Of a stretch of DNA of 64,000 bases, positions 24,668-36,600 are shown in pieces. A program made the translations under genes and the position numbers. The notes under the pieces are model-generated. The model was not told the origin of the DNA. It made no database searches and was given only the letters and a program-made list of their open reading frames with translations. The stretch lies in assembly GCF_009914755.1 (NCBI RefSeq), contig NC_060932.1; one strand, given 5' to 3'. Source of the DNA: the human T2T-CHM13v2.0 reference genome, Homo sapiens. How positions within the stretch are numbered: the first letter of the stretch is position 1; each line of letters begins with the position of its first letter.

Positions 24668-27600
24668 CATCCACACATCACGAAGTAGATTAACAGATAG
24701 CTTCTTTCTAGCTTTCATTTTGAGATATTTGGTTTTTCACTATAGGCTTAAGTGGGATGCAAAATGTCCCTTTGCAGATTCTATAAAAAGGGTATTTCCA
24801 ACCTTCTAAATCAAAAGAAATGTTTAACTTTGTTAGCTAATTCCAGACATCACAAAGCAGTTTCACGGATTGCTACTTCCTTGTTTTTAGTCGCAGCATA
24901 TTTGCTTTTTCATTATAAGCCTCAGTTGGCTCTGAAATGTTTCTTTGCAGATTCAACAAGAGTGTTTCCAACCTGCTGAATCAAAAGAATGCTTTAACTT
25001 TGTAAACTGAATGCAGGCATCACAAAGCAGTTCCACAGATAGCTTCTTTCTAGCTTTTATTGTGGGATTTTTTTTTGTTTTTCTCTATAGGCCTCAGTTT
25101 GCTCTGAAGTGTCCTTTCGCAGATTCTACAAAAAGAATGTTTACAACCTGCTGAATCAAAAAAAGATTTAACTATGTGAGCTGAGAGCACACATCACAAA
25201 GCAGTTTCACAAATAAATTCTTTCTTGTTTTTATCATGGGTAATCTGTTTTCTCTATAGGCCTCAGTGGGTTTCAAAATGTCCTTTTGCATATTCTACAA
25301 AAAGTGTATTTCCAACCCGGAGAATCAAAAGAAAGTTTTAACCCTATGAGCTGAATCCACGCATTGCAAAGCAGTTTCACAGATAACTTCTTTTTAGTTT
25401 TTATCTGGGATATTTGATTTTTCAATATAGCCCCCAGTGGGCTTCAAAATGTCTTTTCACAGGTTCTACAAAAAGAGTGTTTCCAACAAGTGAAATCAAA
25501 AGAAAGGTTGAGCTCTGTGAGTAGAATCCTGACATCACAAAGCAGTTTAACAGATAGCTTTTTTATAGATTTATTGTGGGATATTCAGTTTTTTACTATA
25601 GGCTAAATTGGGCTGCGAAATTTCCCTTTGCAGGTTCCAGAAAAAGAGTGTTTTTAACCTGCTGAATCAAAAACAGTTTGACTCTGTGAAGTGAATGCAC
25701 ACATAACAAAGCAGTTTCACAGACAGCTTCCTTCTAGTTTTTATCACCGGAAATTTGGTTTTTCACTATAGGCCTCAGTGGGCTTGGAAATGTAACTTTG
25801 CAGATTCTAAAACAAGAGTGTTTTCATCCTGCTGAATGAACAGAAAGGTTTAACTCTGTGAATTGAAACCACACATCACAAAGAGGTTTCACAGATAGCT
25901 TCCTTCCAGTTTTGATCATGGGATATTCATTTTTTCCCTATAGGTCTTAGTTGACTCCAAAACATTCCTATGCAGATTCTACAAAATGAGTGTTTCCAAC
26001 CTGCAAAATTAAAAGAAAGGTTTAACTCTGTGAGCTAAATTCACATGTCACAAAGCAGATTAACAGATAGCTTCTTTCTAGGTTTCATTGCGGGGTGTTT
26101 TGTTTTTCACTATAAGCTTAAGTGGGCTGCAAAATGTGTCCCTTCACAGATGCTATAAAAAGAGTGATTCCAAACTGCTGACTCAAAAGAACGGTTTGAC
26201 TTTGTTATCTGACTCCAGATATCACAATACAGTTTCAGAGATAACTTCTTTCTAGTTTTTATCATGGCATATTCGGTTTTTCACTATAGGCCTCAGTAGG
26301 CTCTGAAATGTTTCTTTGCAGATTCAACAAGAGTGTTTCCAACCTGCTGAATGAAAAGAATTCTTTATCTCTGTGAACTGAATGCAAATATCACAAAACA
26401 GTTTCACTGATAACTTCTATCTTGTTTTTACCATGGGATATTCCGCTTTTCACTATAGGTCTCAGTGGGCTCTGAACTGTCTCTTCGTAGAACCTACAAA
26501 AAGTGTGTTCCCAACCTGCTGAGTCAAAATAAAGTTTTAACTCTGTGACCTGAATCTACACATCACAAAGCAGTTTCACAGATAGCTTTTTTGTAGTTTT
26601 TATGGTGGGATATTCAGTTTTTCACTATAGGCCTATGTGGGCTATGAAATGTCCCTTCACAAATTCTACAAAAGAAAGTGTTTCTTACCTGCAGAATCAA
26701 AAGAATGACTTAACTCTGTGATCTGAATGCAAACATCACAAAGCAGTTACACAGACAAGTTCTGTATAGTTTTTATCTCGGGATTTTCAGTTTTTCACTA
26801 TAGGCCTCAGTTTGCACCAAAAAGACCCTTCACAGATTCTACAAAAAAAAGTTTACAACCTGCTGAATCAAAAGAAATGTTTAACTCTCTGAGCTGAATC
26901 CACACATCACAAAACAGTTTCACAGATAGACCTTTTTTAGTTTTTATCACAGGATATTTGGTATTTCACTAAAGGCCCCAGTAGACTCTGAAATGTTTCT
27001 TCACAGATTCTACAAGAAAAGTGTTTCCAACCTGCTGAATCAAAAGAAAGGTTTAACCCTGTGAGTTGAATCCACACCTCAAAAAGCAGATTCACAGATA
27101 GCTTCTTTTCTGTTTTTATCTTGGAATATTTGGTTTTCACTATAAGCCTCAGTCCATTTTGAAATGTCCCTTCATAAATTTCACAAAAATAGAGTTTCTA
27201 ACCTGCTGAATCAAAGGAAATTTTTAACTCTGCAAGCTGAATCCACACATCACAAAGCAGTTTTACAGATAGCTTCTTTCTAGATTTTATTGTGGGACAT
27301 TCAGTTTTTCACTAAAGTTCTCAGTGGGCTCCAAATGAATTCTTTGCAGATTCTACAAAAAAAGTGTCTCCAATCTGCTGAATCAAAAGATTTAAATCTG
27401 TAACCTGAATCCACACATCACACAGCAATTTCACAATAATTTCTTTCTAGTTTTTATTGCAGAATATTCCCTTTTTGAGTCTAGACTTCAGTGGGCTTTG
27501 AAATGTCCCTTTGTGGATTTTACAAAAAAAGTGATTCCAACTTGCTGAATTAAAAGAAAGGTTTAACTCTGTGAGCTTAATTCACAAAACACAAAGCATT

Positions 27601-30600
27601 TTCACAAATATCTTCTTTCTTGTTTTTATCATGGGGTATTCAGTTTTTTTCTATAGTCCTCAGTGGGATTCAAAATGTCCCCTTGCATATTTTACAAAAA
27701 GTTTATTTCCAACCTGGAGAATAAAAAAAAGTTTATCCCTGTGAGTTGAATCCAAACATCACAAAGCCATTGCACAGATAGCTTCTTTCTAGTTTTTATC
27801 ATAAAATATTCAATCTTTCAATGTAGCCTTCAGTGGGCTTTGAAATGTGTCTTCACAGATTTTACAAAAAGTGTGTTTCCAACAAGTGAAATAAAAATAA
27901 AGTTTTAATTCTGTGAGCCGAATGCACACATCACAGAGCAGTTTAACAGATAGCTTCTTTCTAGATTCATTACCAGATATTCAGTGTTTCACTATAGGCT
28001 TAAGTGGGCTGTGAAATATTCCTTTGCAGATTCTACAAAAACAGTGTTTCCAACCTGCTGAATCAAAAGAAAGGTTTAACTCTGTGAACTGAATGCACAC
28101 ATTACAAACAGTTTCACAGATAGTTTCTTTTTAGTTTATATCATGGGATATTTGATTTTTTACTATAGGCCTCAGTGGGCTCTGAAATGCCTCTTCACAA
28201 ATTCTACAAAAATAGTGTTTCCAACCTGTTGAATAAAAGAAAGGTTTATCACTTTGAGGTGAATCCACACATCACAAAACAGTTTCACAGATATCGTCTT
28301 TCTAGTTTTTATCACAAGATAATTGGTTTTTCCCTACAGGCCTCTGTGGGTTTTGAAATGTAACTTCACAGATTCTAAAACAAGAGTGTTTCCAACCTGC
28401 TGAAAGAAAAGAAAGGTTTAACTCTGTTAGCTGTATCCACACATCGCAAGGCAGTTTCACAGATAGCTTCTTTCTAGTTTTTAGCATGGGATATTGATTT
28501 TTTCCCTATAGGCTTCAGTTCGCTTAAAATGTTCCTCTGCTTATTCTACAAAAAAAGTGTTTCCAACCTGCAAAACCAAAAGAAAGGTTTAACACTGTGA
28601 GCTGAAGGCACACATCACAAAGCATTGTAACAGCTTCTTTCTAGTTATTATTGAAGGATAGTCGGCTTTTCACTACAGGCTTAAGTGGGCTGTGAAATGT
28701 CCCTTTGCAGATTCTACAAAAAGAGTGTTTCCAATGTGGTGAATCAAAAGAATTGATCTGTGATCTGAACCCAGACATCACAATGCAGTTTCACAGATAG
28801 CTTGTTTCTGGTTTTTATCATAGGATATTTGGTTTTTCACTGTAGACCTCAGTGGGCTTTGAAATGTTTCTTCACAGATTCAGCAACAGAAATATTTTCC
28901 AATGGTTGAAACAAAAACTGGTTTATCTCTGTGAACTGCAGGCAAACATCAAAAGCCATTTCACTGATTGCTTCTTTCTAGTTTTTATTGCAAGGTTTTC
29001 ATTTTTTTACTATAGGCCTCAGTTTGCTCTGAAATTTCTCTTCGCAGATTCTACAAAAAGAATGTTCACAACCTGCTGAATCAAAAGAAAGGCTTAACTA
29101 TGTGAGCTGAATCCACACATCACAAAGCAGTTTCACTGATAAAATCTATGTCATTTTGATCATGGGGCATTCCGTTTTTCACTATAGCCTCAGTGGGTTT
29201 AAAATGTACCTTTGTGTGTTTTAGAAAACATGTGTTTTCAACCTGCAGAATCAAAACAAAGGTTTATCTCTGTGAGCTGAATCTGCACATCACAAAGCCA
29301 TTTCAGACATAGCTTCTTTCAAGTTTTTATCATAGGATGTTCAATTTTTCAATATAGTCCTCAGTGGGCTTCAAAATATCTCTTCACAGATTCTACAAAA
29401 AGAGTGTTTCCAACAAGCATAATAAAAATAAAGGTTTAATTCTGTGGGCAGAATTCACACATCATGAAGCTGTTTAACAGATAGCTTCTTTCTAGATTTA
29501 TTACCAGATATTCAATTTTTCAGTATAGGCTTAAGTGGCCTGTGAAACGTTCCTTCGCAGATTCTACAAAAACAGTGCTTCCAAACTGCTGCATCAAAAG
29601 AAAGGTTTAACTCTGTGAACTGAATGAACACATCACAGTTTCACAAATAGTTTCTTTTAGTTTATATAATGAGATATTTGGTTTTTCACTATATGCCTTA
29701 GTGGGCTCCAAAATGTCTCTTTGCAAATTCTACAAAAAGTGTGTTTCCAACCTGCAGAATGAAAAGAAAGATTTAACTTTTTGAGCTGAATCCATACATC
29801 ATAAAGCAGTTTCACAGATAGCTTCTTTCTAATTTTTATTGTGAAATAATTGATATTTCACGATAGGCCTCAGTAAGCTTTGAAATGTAACTTCACAGTT
29901 TCTAAAACAAGAGTGTTTCCAACCTACTGAATGAAAAGAAAGGTTTAACTCTGTGAGCTGAATCCACACATCACAAAGCTGTTTCACAGACAGCTTCTTT
30001 CTAGTTTTTGTTATGGGATATTCATCCTTTCCCTATAGGTTTCAGTTGGCTCGAAAATTTTTTCTGCACATCTTCTACAACAGGAGTGTTTCCAACGTGT
30101 GAACTCAAAAGAAAGGTTTAACAATGTGAGATGAATCCACACATCACAAAGCAGTTCAACAGATCGCTTCTTTCTGCTTTTTATTGCAGAATATTCAGTT
30201 TTTTACTACAGGCTTAAGTGGATTGTGAATTATCCCTTTGCAGTTTCTACAAAAAGAGTGCTTCCAACCTGCAGAATTTAAAAAAAAAAAAGGCTTAACT
30301 CTGTGAGCTGAATCCACACATCACAAAGCAGTTTCCCAGATAGTTTTTATAGGTTTTATCTTGGCATATTCAGTTTTTCACTAAAGGCCCCCATGGGCTC
30401 CAAAACGTTTCTTTGCAGATTCTACAAAAAGAGTGTTTCCAACCTGCTAAAAAAAAAAAAGAGAAAGGCTTAACTCTGTGAACTGAACCCAGATATCACA
30501 AAGCACTTTCTCAGACTCCTTCTTTCTAATTTATATCACAGTATATTCCGTTTTTCAATATAGGCCTCAGTGGGCTCTGAAATGTCTGTTTGCAGATTCA

Positions 30601-33600
30601 ACAAAGAGAGTGTTTCCAATCTGCTGAATCAAAATCAAGGTTAACTCTGTGAATGGAATCCACACATCACAAAGCCATTTCACAGATAGCTTCTTTCTAG
30701 TTTTTATTTTTGGATATTCAGTTTCTCTCTATAGACATCAGTTGGTTCTAAAATGTCCCTTTACAGATTCTACAAAAAGAGTGTTCCCAACCTGCTGACT
30801 CAAAAGAATGGTTTAACTCTGTGATCTGAATGCCATCATCACAAATCAGTTTCACAGGAAGGAATCTGTGTCCTTCCACAGATTCTACAGAAAGAGTGTT
30901 TCCAATCTGCTGAATGAAAGGAAAGGTTTAACTCTGTAAGATGAATCCACACATCACAAAACAGTTTCACAGAGAGCTTCTGTCTAGTTTTTATTATGGA
31001 ATATTCAGTTTCTCATTATAGGCCTCAGTAAGCTCTGAAATGTCCATTTGCCATTTGCAGATAGTAAAAAAGTGTTTTCAACCTGCTGAATCAAATAAAG
31101 GTTTAAATCTGTGAGCTGAATCCACACATCACAAAGCAGTTTCACCAGATAGCATCATTTAATTTTTTATTGTGGGATATTCGGTTTCTTACTGTGGTTT
31201 TCAACGGCTTTTGAAATGTTCCTTCCCAAATTCTATAAGAAGACTGTTTCCAAACTACAGAATCAAAGGAAAGTTTTAAATCTTTGAGCTGAATGTATGC
31301 ATCACAAAGCAGATTCACAGATAGCATCTTTCCCATTTTTATTGCAGTATATTCGGTTTTTCACTATGAGCCTCAGTGGGTTGCGAAATGTCCCTTTGCA
31401 GATTCTACAAAAAAAGGGTCTCCAACCTGCTGAATCAAAAGAAAGGAGAAACTCTGTGAGGTGAAACCACACATCACAAAGCAGTTTCACAGATAATTTC
31501 TTTCTAGTTTGTATCATAAGGTATTCAGTTTTTCACCACCAGCCTCAGTGGGTTCTTAAATATCCCTTCACAGATTCTACAAAAAGAGTGTTTCCATCCT
31601 GCTGAATCAAAATAAACGTTTAACTCTCTGAGCTTCATGCACACATCAGAAAACAGTTTCACAGATAGATTTTTTGTAATTTTTCTCAGTGGATATTTGG
31701 CTTTTTAAAATAGGCCCCAGTATCTCCAAAATGTCCTTTCACAGATTCCACAAAAAAAGTGTTTCCAATCTGCTGAATCAAAATAATGGATTAACTGTGT
31801 GAATTGAATCCACACATCACAAAGCAGTTTCACAGATAGCTGCTTTATAGTTTTTATCACGGGATATTGAATTTTTTATTATACACCTCTGTGGGCTCCA
31901 AAATGTCCCATTGCTGATTCCACAAAAAGAGTGTTTCCAACAGTGGGATCAAAAGAAAAGTTTAAATCGTTGAGCTGAATCAACACATCATAAAGGAGGT
32001 TCACAGATAGATTATTTCTAGTTTTTATCAAATGATATCTTGTTATTTACTATAGGCTTCACTGGGATCTGAAATGTCCATTTACAGATTCTAAAAAAAG
32101 AGTGTTTCCAATCTGCTGAATCTAAAGAAAGGTTTAACTCTGTGAGTTGAAAGCACACGTCAAAAAGCAGCTTCTCAGAAAGCTTCTTTCTAATTTTGAT
32201 CATGGGATATTCGTTTTTTTTACCATAGCTCCCATTGGGCTTTGAAATATTTCTTCACAGATTATGTAAAAATATTTTTTCTAATCTGCTGAATCATAGG
32301 AAAGGTTTAGCTCTTTGAGTTGAATCCACACATCACAAAGCAGTTTCACAGATAGCTTCTTTCCGGTTTTTATCATGAGGTATTTTCTTTTCCACTATGG
32401 CCCCCTTGGGGTACAAAATATCCCTTTGCAGATTTTACAAAAAGATTGTTTCTAACCTGCTGAATCAAAAAACGTTTAACTTTGTGATCTAAGTCCACAC
32501 ATCACAAAGCAATTTCAAAGATAGCATCTTTCCGGTTTTCATCGTGATTTACTTGGTTTTTACTGTAGGTCGCAGTTGGCTGTGAAATGTCCCTTTGCAA
32601 ATCCTACACAAAAAGTGTTTTCAACCTGCTGAATAAATAAAAAGATTTAACTTTGTGAAGTGAATCCACACGTCACAAACCTGTTTCATCAATAATTTCT
32701 TTCTAGTTTGTATTGTGAGATATTTGGTTTTTCACCACAGGTCTCAGTGGGCTTCGAAATGTCCCTTTGCAGATACCACTAAAAGAGTGTTTCCAACCTG
32801 CTGAAAAAAATGAAACATTTAACTCTGTGTGCAGCAACCACAAATCACAAAGCAGTTTCACAGATAGCTTCATTCTAGTTTGTATCATGGGATATTTGGT
32901 TTTTCACTATAGGCCTCAGTGTCTCTGAAATATTTCTTCAAAGATTCCACAAAAAAGTGTTTTCAACTTGCTGAATAGAAAGAATGGATTACCTCTTTGA
33001 GGTAAATCCACAGATCACAAAGCGGTTTCACAAATTCCTTCTTCCTAGTTTTAATTGCAGGGTATTCAGTTTCTCACTATAGGCCTCAGTAAGGTCTGAA
33101 ATGTCCATTTGCAGATTGTACAACAAGAGTGTTTTCAACCTGCTGAATGAAATGAAGGTTTAACCCTGTGAGCTGAATCCTCACATCACAAAGCAGTTTC
33201 AAAGATATAATCTTTTTTAGTTTTTATAGTGGGATATTCACTTATTTACTGTGTTCCTCAGTGGGGTTTGAAATGTCCCTTCACAAATTCTACAAGAAGA
33301 CTGTTTCCAAAATGCCGAATCAAAAGAAAGGTTTATGTCTGTGAACTGAATCCACACATCATAAAGCAGTTTCACAGATAGCATCTTTCCAATTTTTATC
33401 ATGGTATATTTGGTTTTTCACTATGGGCCTCAGTGGGATGTAAAATGTCCCTTTGTAGATTTTACAAAAAGAGTGTTTCCAACCTGCTTAATCAAAACAA
33501 CCATTTAAATCTGTGAGCTTCATCCACAATTCTGAAAGCAGTTTCACAGATAGCATTTTTGTATTTTTTATCAGGGACATTCAGTTTTTCACAATAGTCC

Positions 33601-36600
33601 TCAGTACCTCAGAAATGTCCCTTCACAGATATTACAAAAAACGTGTTTCCAACCTGCTGAATCAAAAGAATGGATTAACTCTGTGGGATGAAGCCCCACA
33701 TCACAAAGCAGTTTCACAGATAGCTTCTTTATAGTTTTTATCACAGGATATTCATTTTTTTATTGGCTTCTGTGGGCTCTGAAATGTCCCATTGCAGAGT
33801 CTACAAAAATAGTGTGTCCAACCTACTGAATCAAAAGACTGGTTTAAACTGGTGAGCTGAATCTACACATCATAAATCGGGTTTACAGATACATTCTTTC
33901 TAGTTTTCAATCAAATGATACACAATTTTTTATTATAGGCTTCAGTGGGTTTTAAAATGTCCATTTTCAGATTTTACAATAAGAGTGTTTCCAACCAGTT
34001 GAATGTAAAGAAAAATTTAACTTTGTGAGCTGAAAGCACACATCACAAAGCAGTTTCACAGATACCTTCTTTCCAGTTTTTATCACAGGTTATTCAGTTT
34101 TTCACCATAGATCCCAGTGGGCTCTGAATTGTTTCCTTGCAGATACTACAAAAATACTTTTTCCAACCTGCTGAATCAAAGGAAAGATTTAACTCTGTGA
34201 GTTGAACCCACACATCATAAAGCACTTTCACAGATAGCTTCTTTCTCATTTTTATCACAGGATATTTGCTTTTTCACTATTGGCACAGTGGGGTTTAAAA
34301 CGTCACTTTGAAGATTTTACAAAAAAGATTGTTTCCAACCTGCTGAATCAAAAGAAAGGTTTAAATCCGTGAGCTGAATCCACACATTACAAAGCACTTT
34401 TGCAGATATCAACTTTCCAGTTTTCATCCCAGTTTTCTCGTTATTTTTTACTATAGGACTCAGTGAGCTGCAAAATGTCCCTTTACAAATATTACAAAAA
34501 TAGTGTTTCCAACTTGCTGAATCAAAAGTAAGGTTTAACTCTGTGAAGTGAATTCACACATCACAAAGCAGTTTCACAGATAACTTCTTTCTAGTTTGTA
34601 TTGTGGGATATGGAGTTTTTTACCACCGGCCTCAGTAGACTCCATAATGTCCCTTTGCAGATTCTACAAGAAGAGTGTTTCCAACCTACTGAATCAAAGA
34701 AAAGCGTTTTAACCCTGTGAGCTGAATCCACACTTTGCAAAGAAGTGTCAAAGATAGCTTCTTTCTCTTTTTTGTCATGGGAAGTTCAGTTTTTCACTAT
34801 AGGCCTCAGTGGGCTCGAAAATTTGCCTATGCAGATTCTAAAAAAAGAATGTTTCAAACCTACTGAATCAAAGCAAAGGTTCAACTCTGTGAGTTGAATG
34901 CACACTTCACAAAGGAGTTTGGGAGATAGCTTCTTACTCTTTTTTTTCACAAGACATTCCATTTTTCACTATAGGCATCAGTGGGCACTGAAAAATCCGT
35001 TTGCAGATTCTACAAAAACAGTGTTTCCAAACTGCTAAGTCAAAAGAAAAAACTCTGTGAGCACAAACAATGAAGCAGTTTCACAGAAAGATTCTTTCCA
35101 GTTTTTATTGTAGTGTATTCCATTTTCACAATTGGCATCAGTGGTCTCTGAAATGACACATTGCAGAATCTAAGTGAAGAGTTTTTCAAACCTGCTGAAT
35201 GAAAAAAAATGTTTAACTCTGTGAGCAGAATCCACACATCACAAAGTAGTTTCGTGGATAGCTTCTTTCTAGATTTATTGCGAGATAGTCCCTTTTTAAC
35301 TATAGGCCTCAGTGGGCTCTGAAATATCTTCATGTAGATTCTATGAAAAGAGTGTTTCCAACATACAAAATGAAAAGAAAAATGTAACACTGTGAGCTGA
35401 ATGCGCATATCACAAAGCACTTTCACTGATAGGTTCCTTGTAATTTTATCATGGAATATTCTGTTTTTTATTATAGGCTCCAATGCAATGTCCCTTTGCA
35501 GATTCTACAAAAAGAGTGTTTCCAACCTACTGAATCAAAAGAAAGGTTTAACTCTGGGAGCTGAATCTACACATCACAGAGCAGTTTCACAGGTAGCTTC
35601 TTTCTAGTTTTTATCATGGTATATTTGGTTTTTCACTATAGACTTCAGTGGGCTTGAAAATTTTCCATTGCAGATTCTACAAAGAGTGTTTCCAACTTGC
35701 TGAATCAAAAGAAAGGTTTAACCCTGTCAGCTGAGTACACACATCAAAAAGCAATTTCACCAATCACTTCTTTCTTATTTTTGCCACAGGATATCCAGTT
35801 TTTCAATATAGGCCTCAGTGGGCTTCAAAATTTCCCTTTGCATATTCTACAACAACAGCGTCTGACCTGTCAAATCAAAAGAAAGGCTTAACTCTGAGTT
35901 GAATGCACACCTCACAAAAGACTTTACAGATAGCTTCTTTCTCATTTTTATTGCAGGATATTCAGTTTTTCACTATAGGCCTCAGTGGGCTCTGAAATGT
36001 CCCTTCACAGATTCTACAAAAAGAGTGTCTCCAAGCTGCTGAATTGAAAGAAAATTTTAAATCTGTGAGCCAAATCCACACATCACCAAGCAGTTTCACA
36101 GATAGCTTCTTTTTAGTTTTTATCGTGGGACATTCTGTTTTTTACTGTAGGCATCAGTGCCTTATGAAATGTTTCTTCACAAATTCTACAAAAATATTGT
36201 TTCCAACCTGCTGAATCAAAAGAAAGATTTAACCCTCTGAGTTGAATCATCTGATCACAAAGCAGTTTCACAGATACTTTCTTCCAAGATTTTATCATGG
36301 GATATTCAGTTTTTCATTATAAGCCTCTGTGTGCTCCTAAATGTTCCTTCACAGATTCTACAAAAAAAGTGATTCCAATCTTCCGAGTCAAAACAAAGGT
36401 ACAACTTTGTAAGCTGGATCCACACATCACAATGCAGCTTCACAGGTACCTTCTTTCTAGATTTTATCATGGGATATTCAGTTTTTCTCTATAGGTCTCA
36501 GTGCACTTCAAAATGTTCCTTCACAGATTATACAAAAAGAGTGTTTCCAACTTTCTGATTAAGTACAAGTGTTTAACTCTGTGAACTGAATCCACACATC

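Noticed and set aside
34001-34012. Layer-2 motif AATGTAAAG inside layer 1, suggesting inter-layer conversion
   Set aside because: Its duplicate partner at ~32120 reads AATCTAAAG and the other layer-2 diagnostics are missing, so stepwise point mutation is sufficient.
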